Source of the DNA: Pseudomonadota bacterium
GTDB lineage: Bacteria > Bdellovibrionota > Bdellovibrionia > Bdellovibrionales > SG-bin7
Direction: 5' to 3'
Assembly: GCA_034439715.1 (NCBI GenBank)
Contig: JAWXAY010000027.1
Location: 9,199 to 73,198 of the forward strand
DNA length: 64,000 nt
The position numbers and the translations under genes were made by a program. Below, piece by piece: positions 27,930 to 37,357 of this stretch (position 1 is its first letter; each line of letters begins with the position of its first letter). The notes below the pieces were generated by a model that was given only the letters and a program-made list of their open reading frames with translations, ran no database searches and was not told the DNA's origin.

Positions 27930-30590
27930 TTAGTCACCGCAACTTGTAGCGTAAAGAAAGTTTCCGGGACCCACATAAATAGTATGTAAGGCTCCTGTTA
28001 CAGTTCGAATAGACTGTGGATTCCAACTTAAGGCAAAGTTTCCAGCATTTGCTGCGACAGGAGCCGATTCATTTCCTACACCGTTGTAGCGAAGAATGGT
28101 CGGCGTATCAAACGCCGTTGCTGCAGCATTTGTTTTTGCCACCATCAAATGAGCCTGCGCGGGCGCACCTGCTCCTCGGGGCCAAACCACAAAGGGAACC
28201 CCTTCAACTGTGAAGGTCAGTCCCACATTTAGCAGGCCCGCGTTGGCGGCTGCGCCGGTGTCAGTAAGACCGCTCACTCCCGTAATTCCGTCTACTATTC
28301 CTGTGCCAATATCCGCCCAGTTTATCGAACTATTGCAAGAAGCCAGAGCGGCTGTACAATATTTGTAACGAACTAAGTTTACGGCACGATTAAAAAATGA
28401 AACTGCAGGGCGGCTAGTAACAGGATTGAGTTTTACTTTCAAGCCCTCAGCTGCGCCCGAATAAATTTGCCCAGCTGTTCCCCAAGTTTGCCCACCATTT
28501 ATAGAATAATTTGTTCGCACACATCGAGCTGCAGTTGGAGTACAAGACGCACCCGCACCAGTTCCCGTATCATGAACGGCCACGACAATATTTCCAGAGG
28601 TGTCAAAATCAGACGTCAACCATGCGCCGCCAGGAGTGGCTGCTCCCGTTAAAGCAATAATCTCCTGTTGATAATCCCATTGAAGCGTTGCCAAATTAAA
28701 TCTAGCAGCACTCACACCTTTTGTTGCGGCCGGATTTCTTAGAATGATCAAAACTGGTTTTGCTACACCTGCGCTATAGTACATTGCAACAGAAGTCTGA
28801 TTCATCACGGGCAAAGTATTTGCAGCTGCATCTGTTATTGGGTAGGCAAATACACTCCAATATCCCAAACCATCGCTTCTAGGATTCATCGCCAAATAAT
28901 ATCGTAAACCACCCACTGCTGTTTCAAACCACCCCACCCAAGGACGATCCAAATGATCAAATGCAATACTTGGTGACTGTGGTGCGGAGTTTGTTGGAAT
29001 CGTAGAGGTGATCCACTGATCCGTCACAGTTGCCCCGTCACGATAGATATATTTTAGTAGTGCGCCAGTGACTGGCTCAGCCGAGATTCCCACTGAGAAA
29101 TCAATGTAGGCTGCCGCCGGACGACCTGTACTTGTAGCCGCCACTCCTACACTAGGAACTTGTGTCGTATTTCTTTGAATCTGGCCCGTGTTATCAATAG
29201 GAGTATTTGCCCAAAACATTCCTGTTGCAGCGGCACTCGACCCGAGGGTTGTAGCACTACAGGTGCCGTTCATACATTCATTATATGCGAGCACAATATT
29301 TCCAAAAGTTTGCGTCGGAGTGACTAGGAGCGTGCGACCATAAGTAATCAACATTTGATCACCGGTTGTATCAACTGCGATTCCTCCACGAGTTAGACCG
29401 GCTGCACCCAAACCTGCTGCACCTGCTGTTTCAACATGCGGTGCCACTGATGCCGTCCAAGCAGCTGTATCGAATGTAGCTGTCGGCTGATTAAAATATT
29501 TTACCATGGTCAGGGCGTCATTCGCTACTACGTGAAAATTCCCTTGTCCAAATCCAAGATTAAACCACGCATTTCCAATGGTGGCTGTTGCGACAACATG
29601 ATTCGCACCTGGGTCAGCAGCAGTGACAGCAACGTTGGTACCGCAAGTGGGATAAGTATAGGGCCTTAATCCGGCGGCGTGCTTGACCACCATGTACGCG
29701 GTGGAATCTAGGGTAGAGCTATCAACATAAAGTTGCGAGCCCACCAAATTGGCGCCCGAACCAGTCAAAGTTATATCAGTGGTCCAGTTGGCTCCGTTGG
29801 TACAGTTCGACAAAGTGGTATCACGACACGAGGTTAGTATGGCATTGGCTGCGTCGGAGTATGATACCATCGGAAAATACCCCGTTGCGTGCCTGCACCA
29901 ACCCACTCCCATTTGATTCATTGCGGTTCCAGCTGTAGCATCCAGATCGCTCGTCATGGCGGTATAACTTGTGAATACATCGCAATTCGAAGTACATATT
30001 GCCGCTTTAATGTTGGCGCTGGTTGTGTTCACAGCAAAAGAAACTAAAACCTGATTGCTGGGATTAACTGAAGCATCAACAGCTCGAATCGCCGTACTTG
30101 TGGAGTCAATCACTGCCGCTGTCCACACACCAACGGTTGAGATGCTAGCTGTGCTACGAGTTGCCATATATAAAGAAGTTGCTCCGTTACCCCAAAATAC
30201 CAATGGTTTTCCGGTTGTTAAAAAAACCAATCGCACAAACGTCGTAGTCAAACCACCAAGAATGGTTTCGGTTTTATAGCTAGTGCCATCCCAAAATTGA
30301 TACTTAAGAGTATTCACGCCTGCTGTGGTGTTAGTTTCACCAAATACGTAAGCTGGATAGTTGTTAGCAGGATTTATTGCGATATCATTAAAGGCTCCGC
30401 GTACATTTAGTGCCGCACCGGCAGTTCGTCGCTGACCGTAATCGATGACTTGATCAACTGGTGCTGTACATTGATTGGCGGTAACCGTGGCTGAAGCGCC
30501 ACCTGAGGCCGGAAGACCACCTGCACTTGGATCGTTCGAACACGCCGCCAAACCCAACATTGCAAAGGTAAGGATTAAAAAATTTCTCAT
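27930..30590 (-). CDS. Large Cys-rich, beta-strand-rich surface lipoprotein (propeller-like)
   Basis: Probable ATG at 30590 (SD AGGGTGG). LAAC lipobox. Repeated P.V/I.[FY] and W...xD blades, paired Cys. Confidence 0.65.
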   Translation of the reverse strand: MRNFLILTFAMLGLAACSNDPSAGGLPASGGASATVTANQCTAPVDQVIDYGQRRTAGAALNVRGAFNDIAINPANNYPAYVFGETNTTAGVNTLKYQFWDGTSYKTETILGGLTTTFVRLVFLTTGKPLVFWGNGATSLYMATRSTASISTVGVWTAAVIDSTSTAIRAVDASVNPSNQVLVSFAVNTTSANIKAAICTSNCDVFTSYTAMTSDLDATAGTAMNQMGVGWCRHATGYFPMVSYSDAANAILTSCRDTTLSNCTNGANWTTDITLTGSGANLVGSQLYVDSSTLDSTAYMVVKHAAGLRPYTYPTCGTNVAVTAADPGANHVVATATIGNAWFNLGFGQGNFHVVANDALTMVKYFNQPTATFDTAAWTASVAPHVETAGAAGLGAAGLTRGGIAVDTTGDQMLITYGRTLLVTPTQTFGNIVLAYNECMNGTCSATTLGSSAAATGMFWANTPIDNTGQIQRNTTQVPSVGVAATSTGRPAAAYIDFSVGISAEPVTGALLKYIYRDGATVTDQWITSTIPTNSAPQSPSIAFDHLDRPWVGWFETAVGGLRYYLAMNPRSDGLGYWSVFAYPITDAAANTLPVMNQTSVAMYYSAGVAKPVLIILRNPAATKGVSAARFNLATLQWDYQQEIIALTGAATPGGAWLTSDFDTSGNIVVAVHDTGTGAGASCTPTAARCVRTNYSINGGQTWGTAGQIYSGAAEGLKVKLNPVTSRPAVSFFNRAVNLVRYKYCTAALASCNSSINWADIGTGIVDGITGVSGLTDTGAAANAGLLNVGLTFTVEGVPFVVWPRGAGAPAQAHLMVAKTNAAATAFDTPTILRYNGVGNESAPVAANAGNFALSWNPQSIRTVTGALHTIYVGPGNFLYATSCGD

Positions 30591-30603
30591 GCTACCACCC
30601 TTT

Positions 30604-31365
30604 TTAAAATTGAAATCTAAGTTCAATGGGAATCTGTAAATTTAAGAAAGTCTCCACACCATTAGATGTACCGCGTTCTCCTGTCGCCGAATAACTTATT
30701 CTCTGCAAAAGAATCTCAACGCCTGTGGAAATGTCGAATGAAGGACTTATCTTATGAACTGCAGTAAAGTGAAAATCTGGGTTTAGACTAAACCGATAGT
30801 GACCCGTTTTAGAGGTCTGCTCATCATGATATAATGGTATAAATACTCCCCCACCGACACTAAACCGAGACTGACTGTTATAAGGGATTCCACGATTTAC
30901 ACCAATGCGAGCTCCTGCCGTATAGCTTTCAGGAATATATACAGTGGGAGCTGTCCGATCAGCTGTACGCTGTCTTATGTCTAATCCATAATTGAAACGC
31001 AGTTTACTGTCTCCCTGATAACCACCATGGGAAGTTTGATGAGTGGGTTCTTTTGCAATCAGGTATCTTTGAAATCCTGAATTCACCGAACTAGGAGTGA
31101 CACCTACAGGAGCGTCATGATTGTAATTAAGAGACATAAACTCAAAATGATAACTAGCTTCTGGTTTGGTCCAATATAAACTTGCAGAAAAACCATTCCC
31201 TGTGCTCAACCCCGACTCTGTTGTGAACCCCCCGCCATCTAGTTCGTAACTTTGTGGAGCATATTGAAAACCCAATCGTGCTTCGAATAATTTGTTCTGA
31301 CCTACGGCAGTACTAGAAACTAATAATCCGAGTATCACGCAAGAGATTTTTTTGATTCGAATCAT
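30604..31365 (-). CDS. Putative outer-membrane beta-barrel protein
   Basis: Signal peptide, alternating beta strands, C-terminal ELRFQF. Confidence 0.65.
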   Translation of the reverse strand: MIRIKKISCVILGLLVSSTAVGQNKLFEARLGFQYAPQSYELDGGGFTTESGLSTGNGFSASLYWTKPEASYHFEFMSLNYNHDAPVGVTPSSVNSGFQRYLIAKEPTHQTSHGGYQGDSKLRFNYGLDIRQRTADRTAPTVYIPESYTAGARIGVNRGIPYNSQSRFSVGGGVFIPLYHDEQTSKTGHYRFSLNPDFHFTAVHKISPSFDISTGVEILLQRISYSATGERGTSNGVETFLNLQIPIELRFQF

Positions 31366-31583
31366 CGCTGTCCTCTTTTACGTTTTGTATTTCGCTAACA
31401 AAACATCGGGTTACCCTACTAAAAGGTTAACGACATTCTTATTGAAAGGCGTGAGGAGTTTTGAATATTGGCCCTAGGTTGGTAGTCACCCCAGCGCGAA
31501 AGCACCTTCAAACCAGACCGGACACGCCGATTGTCTGTGATTTGATCTTGACCTTTTGCTGGCTAAAGATTTCAAATTAGATC

Positions 31584-32069
31584 ATGAGTGAAAAAATCCG
31601 CCCTGCGCGCAAATCCGATGTGAAAATAATTTTACAATTTGTCAAAGAGCTCGCGGCCTTCGAACGCCTTTCACATCAAGTGAACCTCACAGAAATGAAA
31701 GTAAAAAAATCTTTTCTTGCCAAAAATTCTGTGGCAAAAACTTTAATTATCGAAAAAAATGGTGTGCCTTGTGGTTTTGCAGTCTACTTTTATAATTTCT
31801 CTACTTTTTTAGGCAGCAAAGGGATTTATCTCGAGGACCTTTACATTCGCTCTGAATTTCGAAGACAAGGGTTGGGCCGAAAAGTTTTTGCCTACTTAGC
31901 AAACCTTGCAGTCAAGGAGAAGTGTCAGCGCTTTGAATGGTCAGTACTCGATTGGAATAAACCTGCCATAAAGTTTTACCGTGAGCTTGGGGCGCGACCA
32001 CTCAAACAGTGGCAGATTCAACGTTTGGACGCGAAAGCAATTCGAAAATTATTTAAAAAATCTATTTAG
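31584..32069 (+). CDS. GNAT N-acetyltransferase (SSAT/diamine-like)
   Basis: IRPA...ELAAFE, FSTFLG..GIYLEDLYI...RRQGLG, EWSVLDWNKPAIKFY. Confidence 0.9.
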   Translation: MSEKIRPARKSDVKIILQFVKELAAFERLSHQVNLTEMKVKKSFLAKNSVAKTLIIEKNGVPCGFAVYFYNFSTFLGSKGIYLEDLYIRSEFRRQGLGRKVFAYLANLAVKEKCQRFEWSVLDWNKPAIKFYRELGARPLKQWQIQRLDAKAIRKLFKKSI

Positions 32070-32197
32070 ACCTTATTGGAATGGGACATTTTGCCCCTTT
32101 CACGGGGCAAAAGTAGCGTGCGAATTTACGTTGACTGCCGAACTAATTCTCCTCATCGCCAAAAAAGAGTATGAAGAAAAAAACCCGTAGATCGAGC

Positions 32198-32213
32198 TGG
32201 TATAGCACTTGCA
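32198..32213 (+). promoter_or_regulatory. sigma54-like promoter
   Basis: TGGTATAGCACTTGCA (GG-N10-GC), about 43 nt before ATG 32257. Confidence 0.55.
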
Positions 32214-32256
32214 ATTTAAGCAGAAAGCGATCAATAAATAAAGCGAGGAATTTAGC

Positions 32257-33501
32257 ATGCTATATGAATTTTTACTTAAGAATCAGGCGGAAATTTTAGC
32301 TATGACCGAACAGAAAAGCCGCGATTTGGCGGGACATGCACCTACTTCTGAAGAGCTCAAGCGGGGCCTTCCCATTTTTTATGATCAACTCATGGCCGTT
32401 TTACTGCTTGAGCAAAAAAATGATTCAAATCCTACAGAAGATAATGAAGATAAAGAAGGTAAACGCCAAGCAGCCCGTAATGCTGACGAACCGTCCATGG
32501 CCGCGGCATCAGGCCGCCCTGGTCAAGTTGAAGTAGCGAAATCAGCCGGCCGCCATGGCCAAGAGTTGTTTCGACTCGGTTACACCCTTTCGCATGTCGT
32601 CCATGCCTACGGCGCCATGTGCCAGTCGATTACCGAACTTTCTTCAGCGAAAAATGCGGCCATTACGAGTGAGGAATTTCATGATCTGAACCACTGTCTC
32701 GACGTAGCAATTGCGGGCGCAGTGACCGAATATGCCTCTCAGCGGGATACCAAGGTATCAAGTCGTGAAGTTGAACATCTCGGATTTTTAGCCCATGAAC
32801 TACGTAACACGCTAAATACTGTTGTTCTATCTTATCAATTGATCAAATCAGGAACAGTGACTCCTGGGGGAAACACGGGGCAAGTGCTCGAAAGAGGCCT
32901 AAAACGAATCAGCGAACTTATTGATCGATCGTTGACTGAGGTCAGGATGCGTGTCGATCCCAAAGTTCACATTGAGTCCGCTCATCTGTTTCAGCTTGTC
33001 GATCACATTTTATTGACTGCAGAAATCGAAGCAAAATCACGAAACCAAACTCTCGAGACCCGAATTGATCCGACTCTCGTGGTGCACGCAGACCAGCAGC
33101 TACTCCACTCTGCCCTATCGAATCTCATTCAAAACGCCCTCAAATATACTCACGACGGTGGTAAAATTCAAGTGAGAGGCAATTTGGTTGGAGAAAACAT
33201 TATCATCGAAGTAGAAGATGAGTACGGCGGCCTTTCACCCAATGCTGAGACAGATCTTTTCAAGCCATTCGAGCAGCAGAATTGGAATCGAAAAGGACTC
33301 GGACTTGGTCTGACCATCGCTCAACGAGGAATTGTGCTCAACCACGGCTCGCTCCACGCTCAAAATCTCCCAGAAAAAGGATGTATTTTCAGAATCACAT
33401 TGCCAAAAACATTTGAAAAAACTTTGCCTGGCAAAAGAGTTTCCGCTGTTCAAGAGATACGGCCAAAATACAAAGGTCCAGATTTGCATGCCCTGATATG
33501 A
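32257..33501 (+). CDS. Cytoplasmic histidine kinase with RsbRD_N-like N-terminal domain
   Basis: HGQELFRLGYTLSHVVHAYG, AHELRN, NLIQNALKYT, GLGLGLTI. Confidence 0.85.
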   Translation: MLYEFLLKNQAEILAMTEQKSRDLAGHAPTSEELKRGLPIFYDQLMAVLLLEQKNDSNPTEDNEDKEGKRQAARNADEPSMAAASGRPGQVEVAKSAGRHGQELFRLGYTLSHVVHAYGAMCQSITELSSAKNAAITSEEFHDLNHCLDVAIAGAVTEYASQRDTKVSSREVEHLGFLAHELRNTLNTVVLSYQLIKSGTVTPGGNTGQVLERGLKRISELIDRSLTEVRMRVDPKVHIESAHLFQLVDHILLTAEIEAKSRNQTLETRIDPTLVVHADQQLLHSALSNLIQNALKYTHDGGKIQVRGNLVGENIIIEVEDEYGGLSPNAETDLFKPFEQQNWNRKGLGLGLTIAQRGIVLNHGSLHAQNLPEKGCIFRITLPKTFEKTLPGKRVSAVQEIRPKYKGPDLHALI

Positions 33502-33545
33502 CAGCTCGAATATAAATTTAACCTGTAAAATCAATAATTAAACCC

Positions 33546-33573
33546 TTAAGTTTTTTTAAAAATCTTACGATAA
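33546..33573 (+). promoter_or_regulatory. sigma28-like promoter
   Basis: TTAAGTTT-N12-TACGATAA, ending 9 nt before ATG 33582. Confidence 0.55.
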
Positions 33574-33581
33574 AACAGCTG

Positions 33582-34790
33582 ATGAGAGTTTTAGTCCTCC
33601 TATTAATAACTGCGTTGGTTACTCCGTCTCATTCAGAGACAGTTAAAACTCATGATCCTTATCTGAGTTATATATTCAATTATGTTACAGCTCAGTATTG
33701 GACGGTAAAAAATGCCGATCAATTTATTAAAGTATTTGGTAGCAATCTTTCAAAAAGCGAAAAGGATCTTGTTAAAAAGCGCCTAGGTCAAATCAAGGTA
33801 TTGCCCGAACTTTTACAGTACGAAAATGGATGGATTGTTAAACTTGACGGATTCAAGATTACAGTAGACGTGCGGCAAATTAGAAATAAAATCGCCTACT
33901 TTAACGGCGAGAAGTTTCACCTTGATCCTGGCTCAAACCTTGAGTTTCAAATCGAGTTAATGCAGCGAAAACTTCTTAAGGATAGTGATAAATTTGGCTA
34001 TTTGTGGCGCCTCCTTCTCCCGGCCGCTAAGGCAGAAGGCGAAGGCAGTGTAATGGGATTTCCGTCGCTAAAAAAATGGGTACTTTACGCGGTAGTTTAT
34101 AAAATTGTGGAAAAGGGCGTCGATAGTATAACCTCGGAAACGGTTACAAAAATAATGGATGGATTTTGCTGGGGCTCATCTGACTTCGCGAGCAATGTCG
34201 GAATGTGCAAAGATTACCTAAAAAGACTTAAAGAGGAACTCGCAAAAAATCCTACCGCAACCGCAGTCGCCGATGCTAAAAAAATACCCGAGAGTGCGCG
34301 AAAGTTTTTCACGCTCACAAAAACATGTCTGCATGAAAGTAAAACTAATACGTTGCGCGCAACTTTTGTGCTCCTTGCACCCGAGTTTCTAGAAAAAGAC
34401 GAGCATGGCGATATTAAAGAAAGGATTTTTCGTGCCGCAGCCGAACAAAAAGGCGATGAACTGATGACTACTCGTATTTATGAAAACAAAACAAATGAGA
34501 TTGCTGTTTACGAATACCATAAAAATATTTTAAAAATGATAAAAATACCCAATGACAAATTCGATGAAAAAACCAATGGCAAAGACACTAAATCAGTACA
34601 GTTGCCCTACATAAATATTCCTGCAACTGATGAATTAGGCAAAAACGACGGTGTCGAAATAAAACAAAACCAAAAATTTCATAATCTAATTAATGAGCAT
34701 ATTGGATCCGTGATAAAGAAATGTAGCGATGAATTGATTGAAACCCAAAACAAACAACAGCTAGACGATAGGGCACAATCTGCAAAGTAA
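33582..34790 (+). CDS. Secreted hypothetical protein with internal LWRLLLPAAKA motif
   Basis: N-terminal signal peptide, 402-aa ORF. Confidence 0.7.
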   Translation: MRVLVLLLITALVTPSHSETVKTHDPYLSYIFNYVTAQYWTVKNADQFIKVFGSNLSKSEKDLVKKRLGQIKVLPELLQYENGWIVKLDGFKITVDVRQIRNKIAYFNGEKFHLDPGSNLEFQIELMQRKLLKDSDKFGYLWRLLLPAAKAEGEGSVMGFPSLKKWVLYAVVYKIVEKGVDSITSETVTKIMDGFCWGSSDFASNVGMCKDYLKRLKEELAKNPTATAVADAKKIPESARKFFTLTKTCLHESKTNTLRATFVLLAPEFLEKDEHGDIKERIFRAAAEQKGDELMTTRIYENKTNEIAVYEYHKNILKMIKIPNDKFDEKTNGKDTKSVQLPYINIPATDELGKNDGVEIKQNQKFHNLINEHIGSVIKKCSDELIETQNKQQLDDRAQSAK

Positions 34791-34792
34791 GG

Positions 34793-35773
34793 TTGCAACA
34801 CATGCTAGGGGCCATTCTTATTATTTTAAGTCACTCATTTAGCGCTCAAGCTAGCCAATGCCTCGATAGCATGAATTTAAATAGCGACAAGTGGAAAACC
34901 ACAAAATTGAAAATACAAAGACTAAAAGACGCCGCCGAGTGCGCTAAAGATATTGCCTTGTGTGAAGGAATTCTCGCCCGCAAGGTACCATCCACTAGCG
35001 CCACTATGTGGAATCTTTTTCTACCTTCGGCAAATGCCTCGGCAGTTTCATCCGCAGTTAGCACAGCCCTAGGTAAAGTCACTTTTGTATTTTCAATCGC
35101 TGAAATTGATCCCGACGGCACTAGCTGTTTTGCAGACAATCAATCCAAGTATGCGCAATACAAAAAGGGATGTGGCCAACCACTAGACCCTTATGACGAT
35201 GTCAATGGCTTCTTACCGAACACTCTTAAATTTCTAGATGCCAAGGAAGTAGATCAAGCCCGAGAGCTCTTAACACATCCCGAATATTGTGATGTCATAT
35301 TGTCTTCCTATGAAAAAATTTATCCTGAAATAAGCTTGCAGTGTGGAGATGGCAAGTTGACACTTTCGGATTTTAAAAATAAGTCGCTTAAAAAATTAGT
35401 TTGGAATAATCGTGATGAAATTCTGTGGGCTGAAGACAGTGATTTGTATGATCCTCTGCAAGCTTTTAAAATTGGTTTTCAGGGGGATAAGAGTGACATT
35501 TTACAATTTATTAAACCTGAGGTATTGACCATGGGAAGCCGTAATCGGCCAGCTGACTTCGATAAAACCAAGTCCTATACGATGATAGCTCTCGATTGGG
35601 AACATTCCCCGAGCCGCATAAAGAATCGTATGTTAAGACTTTTCCCACGTTGGGCTGACCTCTTCAAAATGAAATCGTGTTGTCAAAAGAAACCGCTGGA
35701 CCCACAGCGCTGCGCCGAGGTGTTACCGAAAAAACGCATGCTAGCAACTGAGCCGTCCTCTCAAACCAAATAA
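34793..35773 (+). CDS. Secreted Cys-rich hypothetical protein with internal MWNLFLPSANA motif
   Basis: Signal ending AQA-S. Starts 2 nt after the previous stop. Confidence 0.7.
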   Translation: MQHMLGAILIILSHSFSAQASQCLDSMNLNSDKWKTTKLKIQRLKDAAECAKDIALCEGILARKVPSTSATMWNLFLPSANASAVSSAVSTALGKVTFVFSIAEIDPDGTSCFADNQSKYAQYKKGCGQPLDPYDDVNGFLPNTLKFLDAKEVDQARELLTHPEYCDVILSSYEKIYPEISLQCGDGKLTLSDFKNKSLKKLVWNNRDEILWAEDSDLYDPLQAFKIGFQGDKSDILQFIKPEVLTMGSRNRPADFDKTKSYTMIALDWEHSPSRIKNRMLRLFPRWADLFKMKSCCQKKPLDPQRCAEVLPKKRMLATEPSSQTK

Positions 35774-35775
35774 CA

Positions 35776-36342
35776 TTATTTTGCTTTTAGTGTTTCGTTA
35801 GCAGTAGCTCTGTCTATACCTATGGTATGTGTGACACTCGTATCTGCGCCCAAGCCCGCCTCTATTGCTCCTGAATCGTAGGTTGCCAGTGCACCTTCTA
35901 AGACAAACCCATTTAGGGCCGAAGGATTCTCTTCATAGTTAAGGGTGGTTTTATTTAAGTAAACAAGATTCTCAAGAAATCTTTTCTGACTTAATTCTCT
36001 TTTTGCCTTACTATTTAGTTCCGGCGTGGTAATTGTTTTGTTTAGGTTAGTCTGCACATAAATATCATGTGTCTTTAACTTTTCGCCGAGTTGGGTCTCC
36101 AGAGTAGCACAGTCAGAAACGCTAGCGAGTGGTATTTTTAAATTCTCTTTGCTAATAAAAATATAAGATTTAGTCCCACAGTTAATTTGGGCAAATCCGC
36201 TCTTCTGGTTGCCATAAACTACTTTATATTGGCCGTTTGCGGTTTTTCCTTTAAATACTAGGGTTTCAAGCTCAAGAGCTAATGACTTCTGCGTGGTTAA
36301 AAGCGCTAAACTTCCTATAATGATTTTAACTATTTTTTTCAT
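35776..36342 (-). CDS. Secreted hypothetical protein
   Basis: SD AGGAG, signal ending SLA-L. Confidence 0.7.
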   Translation of the reverse strand: MKKIVKIIIGSLALLTTQKSLALELETLVFKGKTANGQYKVVYGNQKSGFAQINCGTKSYIFISKENLKIPLASVSDCATLETQLGEKLKTHDIYVQTNLNKTITTPELNSKAKRELSQKRFLENLVYLNKTTLNYEENPSALNGFVLEGALATYDSGAIEAGLGADTSVTHTIGIDRATANETLKAK

Positions 36343-36466
36343 ATTTACTCCCTATAGGCATTGATATTTCAAGACTTATGCCTGTGAAGTACACTGTGGG
36401 CGAGTGGATTTCAACTATAGGGGTTAAGCACTTTTATTGTTCGACGAGTGTCAAAAGTTTGGACGT

Positions 36467-36490
36467 CTACCCGGGTGGGGACCCAGGTAG
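36467..36490 (-). terminator. Hairpin downstream of the 36508 gene
   Basis: CTACCTGGGT-CCCC-ACCCGGGTAG. No clear U-tract. Confidence 0.35.
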
Positions 36491-36507
36491 CACTCTCCAA
36501 TAACTTT

Positions 36508-36939
36508 CTATCGATTCGGCACAGACTTACAGGGGCCTAAGTAATCTCCTTGAGGGCTTCCATCGGCAGCAAAAGTCAATTCATGGTCCGCATGACTTCT
36601 GACAGCGCTGCGGCCAACGCAAAGAGTATGTTCTGAGCCAATGCTGCTTGGGAAGTGACAAATCATATAACTATTTCCATCGCCACAGATATAGATTTTA
36701 GCAACATCGGGATCAGACAAATCTGAGAGGGGACGAAAGATACCTCGCTCTTCTTCGGGCAGACTGGCCAATAAATCTTCGTCAGATGCTCCGGGATCTG
36801 ATTCTGAACTAAAGGTTTGGCTGAGTGAGCTGTTTGCCGTTGGTGATACGGGAGCTCCTGAAAATCCGACTTTACCACAGTTATTAAAGAGGGCCATCAG
36901 GCCGATACAAACTACTAAGACTATAATACTATTTTTCAT
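36508..36939 (-). CDS. Lipoprotein with small His/Cys C-terminal domain
   Basis: Probable ATG at 36939 (SD AAGGA). ALFNNC signal, ICHFP...HTLCV...HADH...DYLGPC. Confidence 0.7.
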   Translation of the reverse strand: MKNSIIVLVVCIGLMALFNNCGKVGFSGAPVSPTANSSLSQTFSSESDPGASDEDLLASLPEEERGIFRPLSDLSDPDVAKIYICGDGNSYMICHFPSSIGSEHTLCVGRSAVRSHADHELTFAADGSPQGDYLGPCKSVPNR

Positions 36940-37017
36940 GTTCCATCCTTTTCTGAATACATCCAAATTTAATCGTAACCTATTTCTCAAGTTGGCACAT
37001 CTTATACAATTATAATA

Positions 37018-37033
37018 AGCAATTTATATACCG
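37018..37033 (-). promoter_or_regulatory. sigma54-like promoter
   Basis: Minus strand CGGTATATAAATTGCT (GG-N10-GC). Confidence 0.45.
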
Positions 37034-37357
37034 CGCCTTTGAGGTTTTAAGCGCGAGCGGCGCAAATTTAATGTCTAACCTATAAAAACCGTCGATTAAA
37101 TCGACAAAAAATCACATCTCATTCCGAGAAACTGATTACAGATTTAAATGTTTAGGCTTTTATTTATCAAAAAGAGACAAGTTTTTACGAGTGGTAATTA
37201 AAGAAATAGTGATTACAAAAAAATATAAACGAAATAGTAATTAAAAAATGGCTTAAAATAAATTTCTGTGTGAATATTAATTACCAACTCACGTTACCTC
37301 CCACAGTCCGTCAAAAAAAACAAACCGTTCACGTTTCTAAACTTTTTAGGGGGTCCT

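Noticed and set aside
36467..36490. GGGTGGGG-containing hairpin as a third sRNA copy
   Set aside because: The CCACCC is mostly paired in the stem, and there is no U-tract, upstream box or -10.
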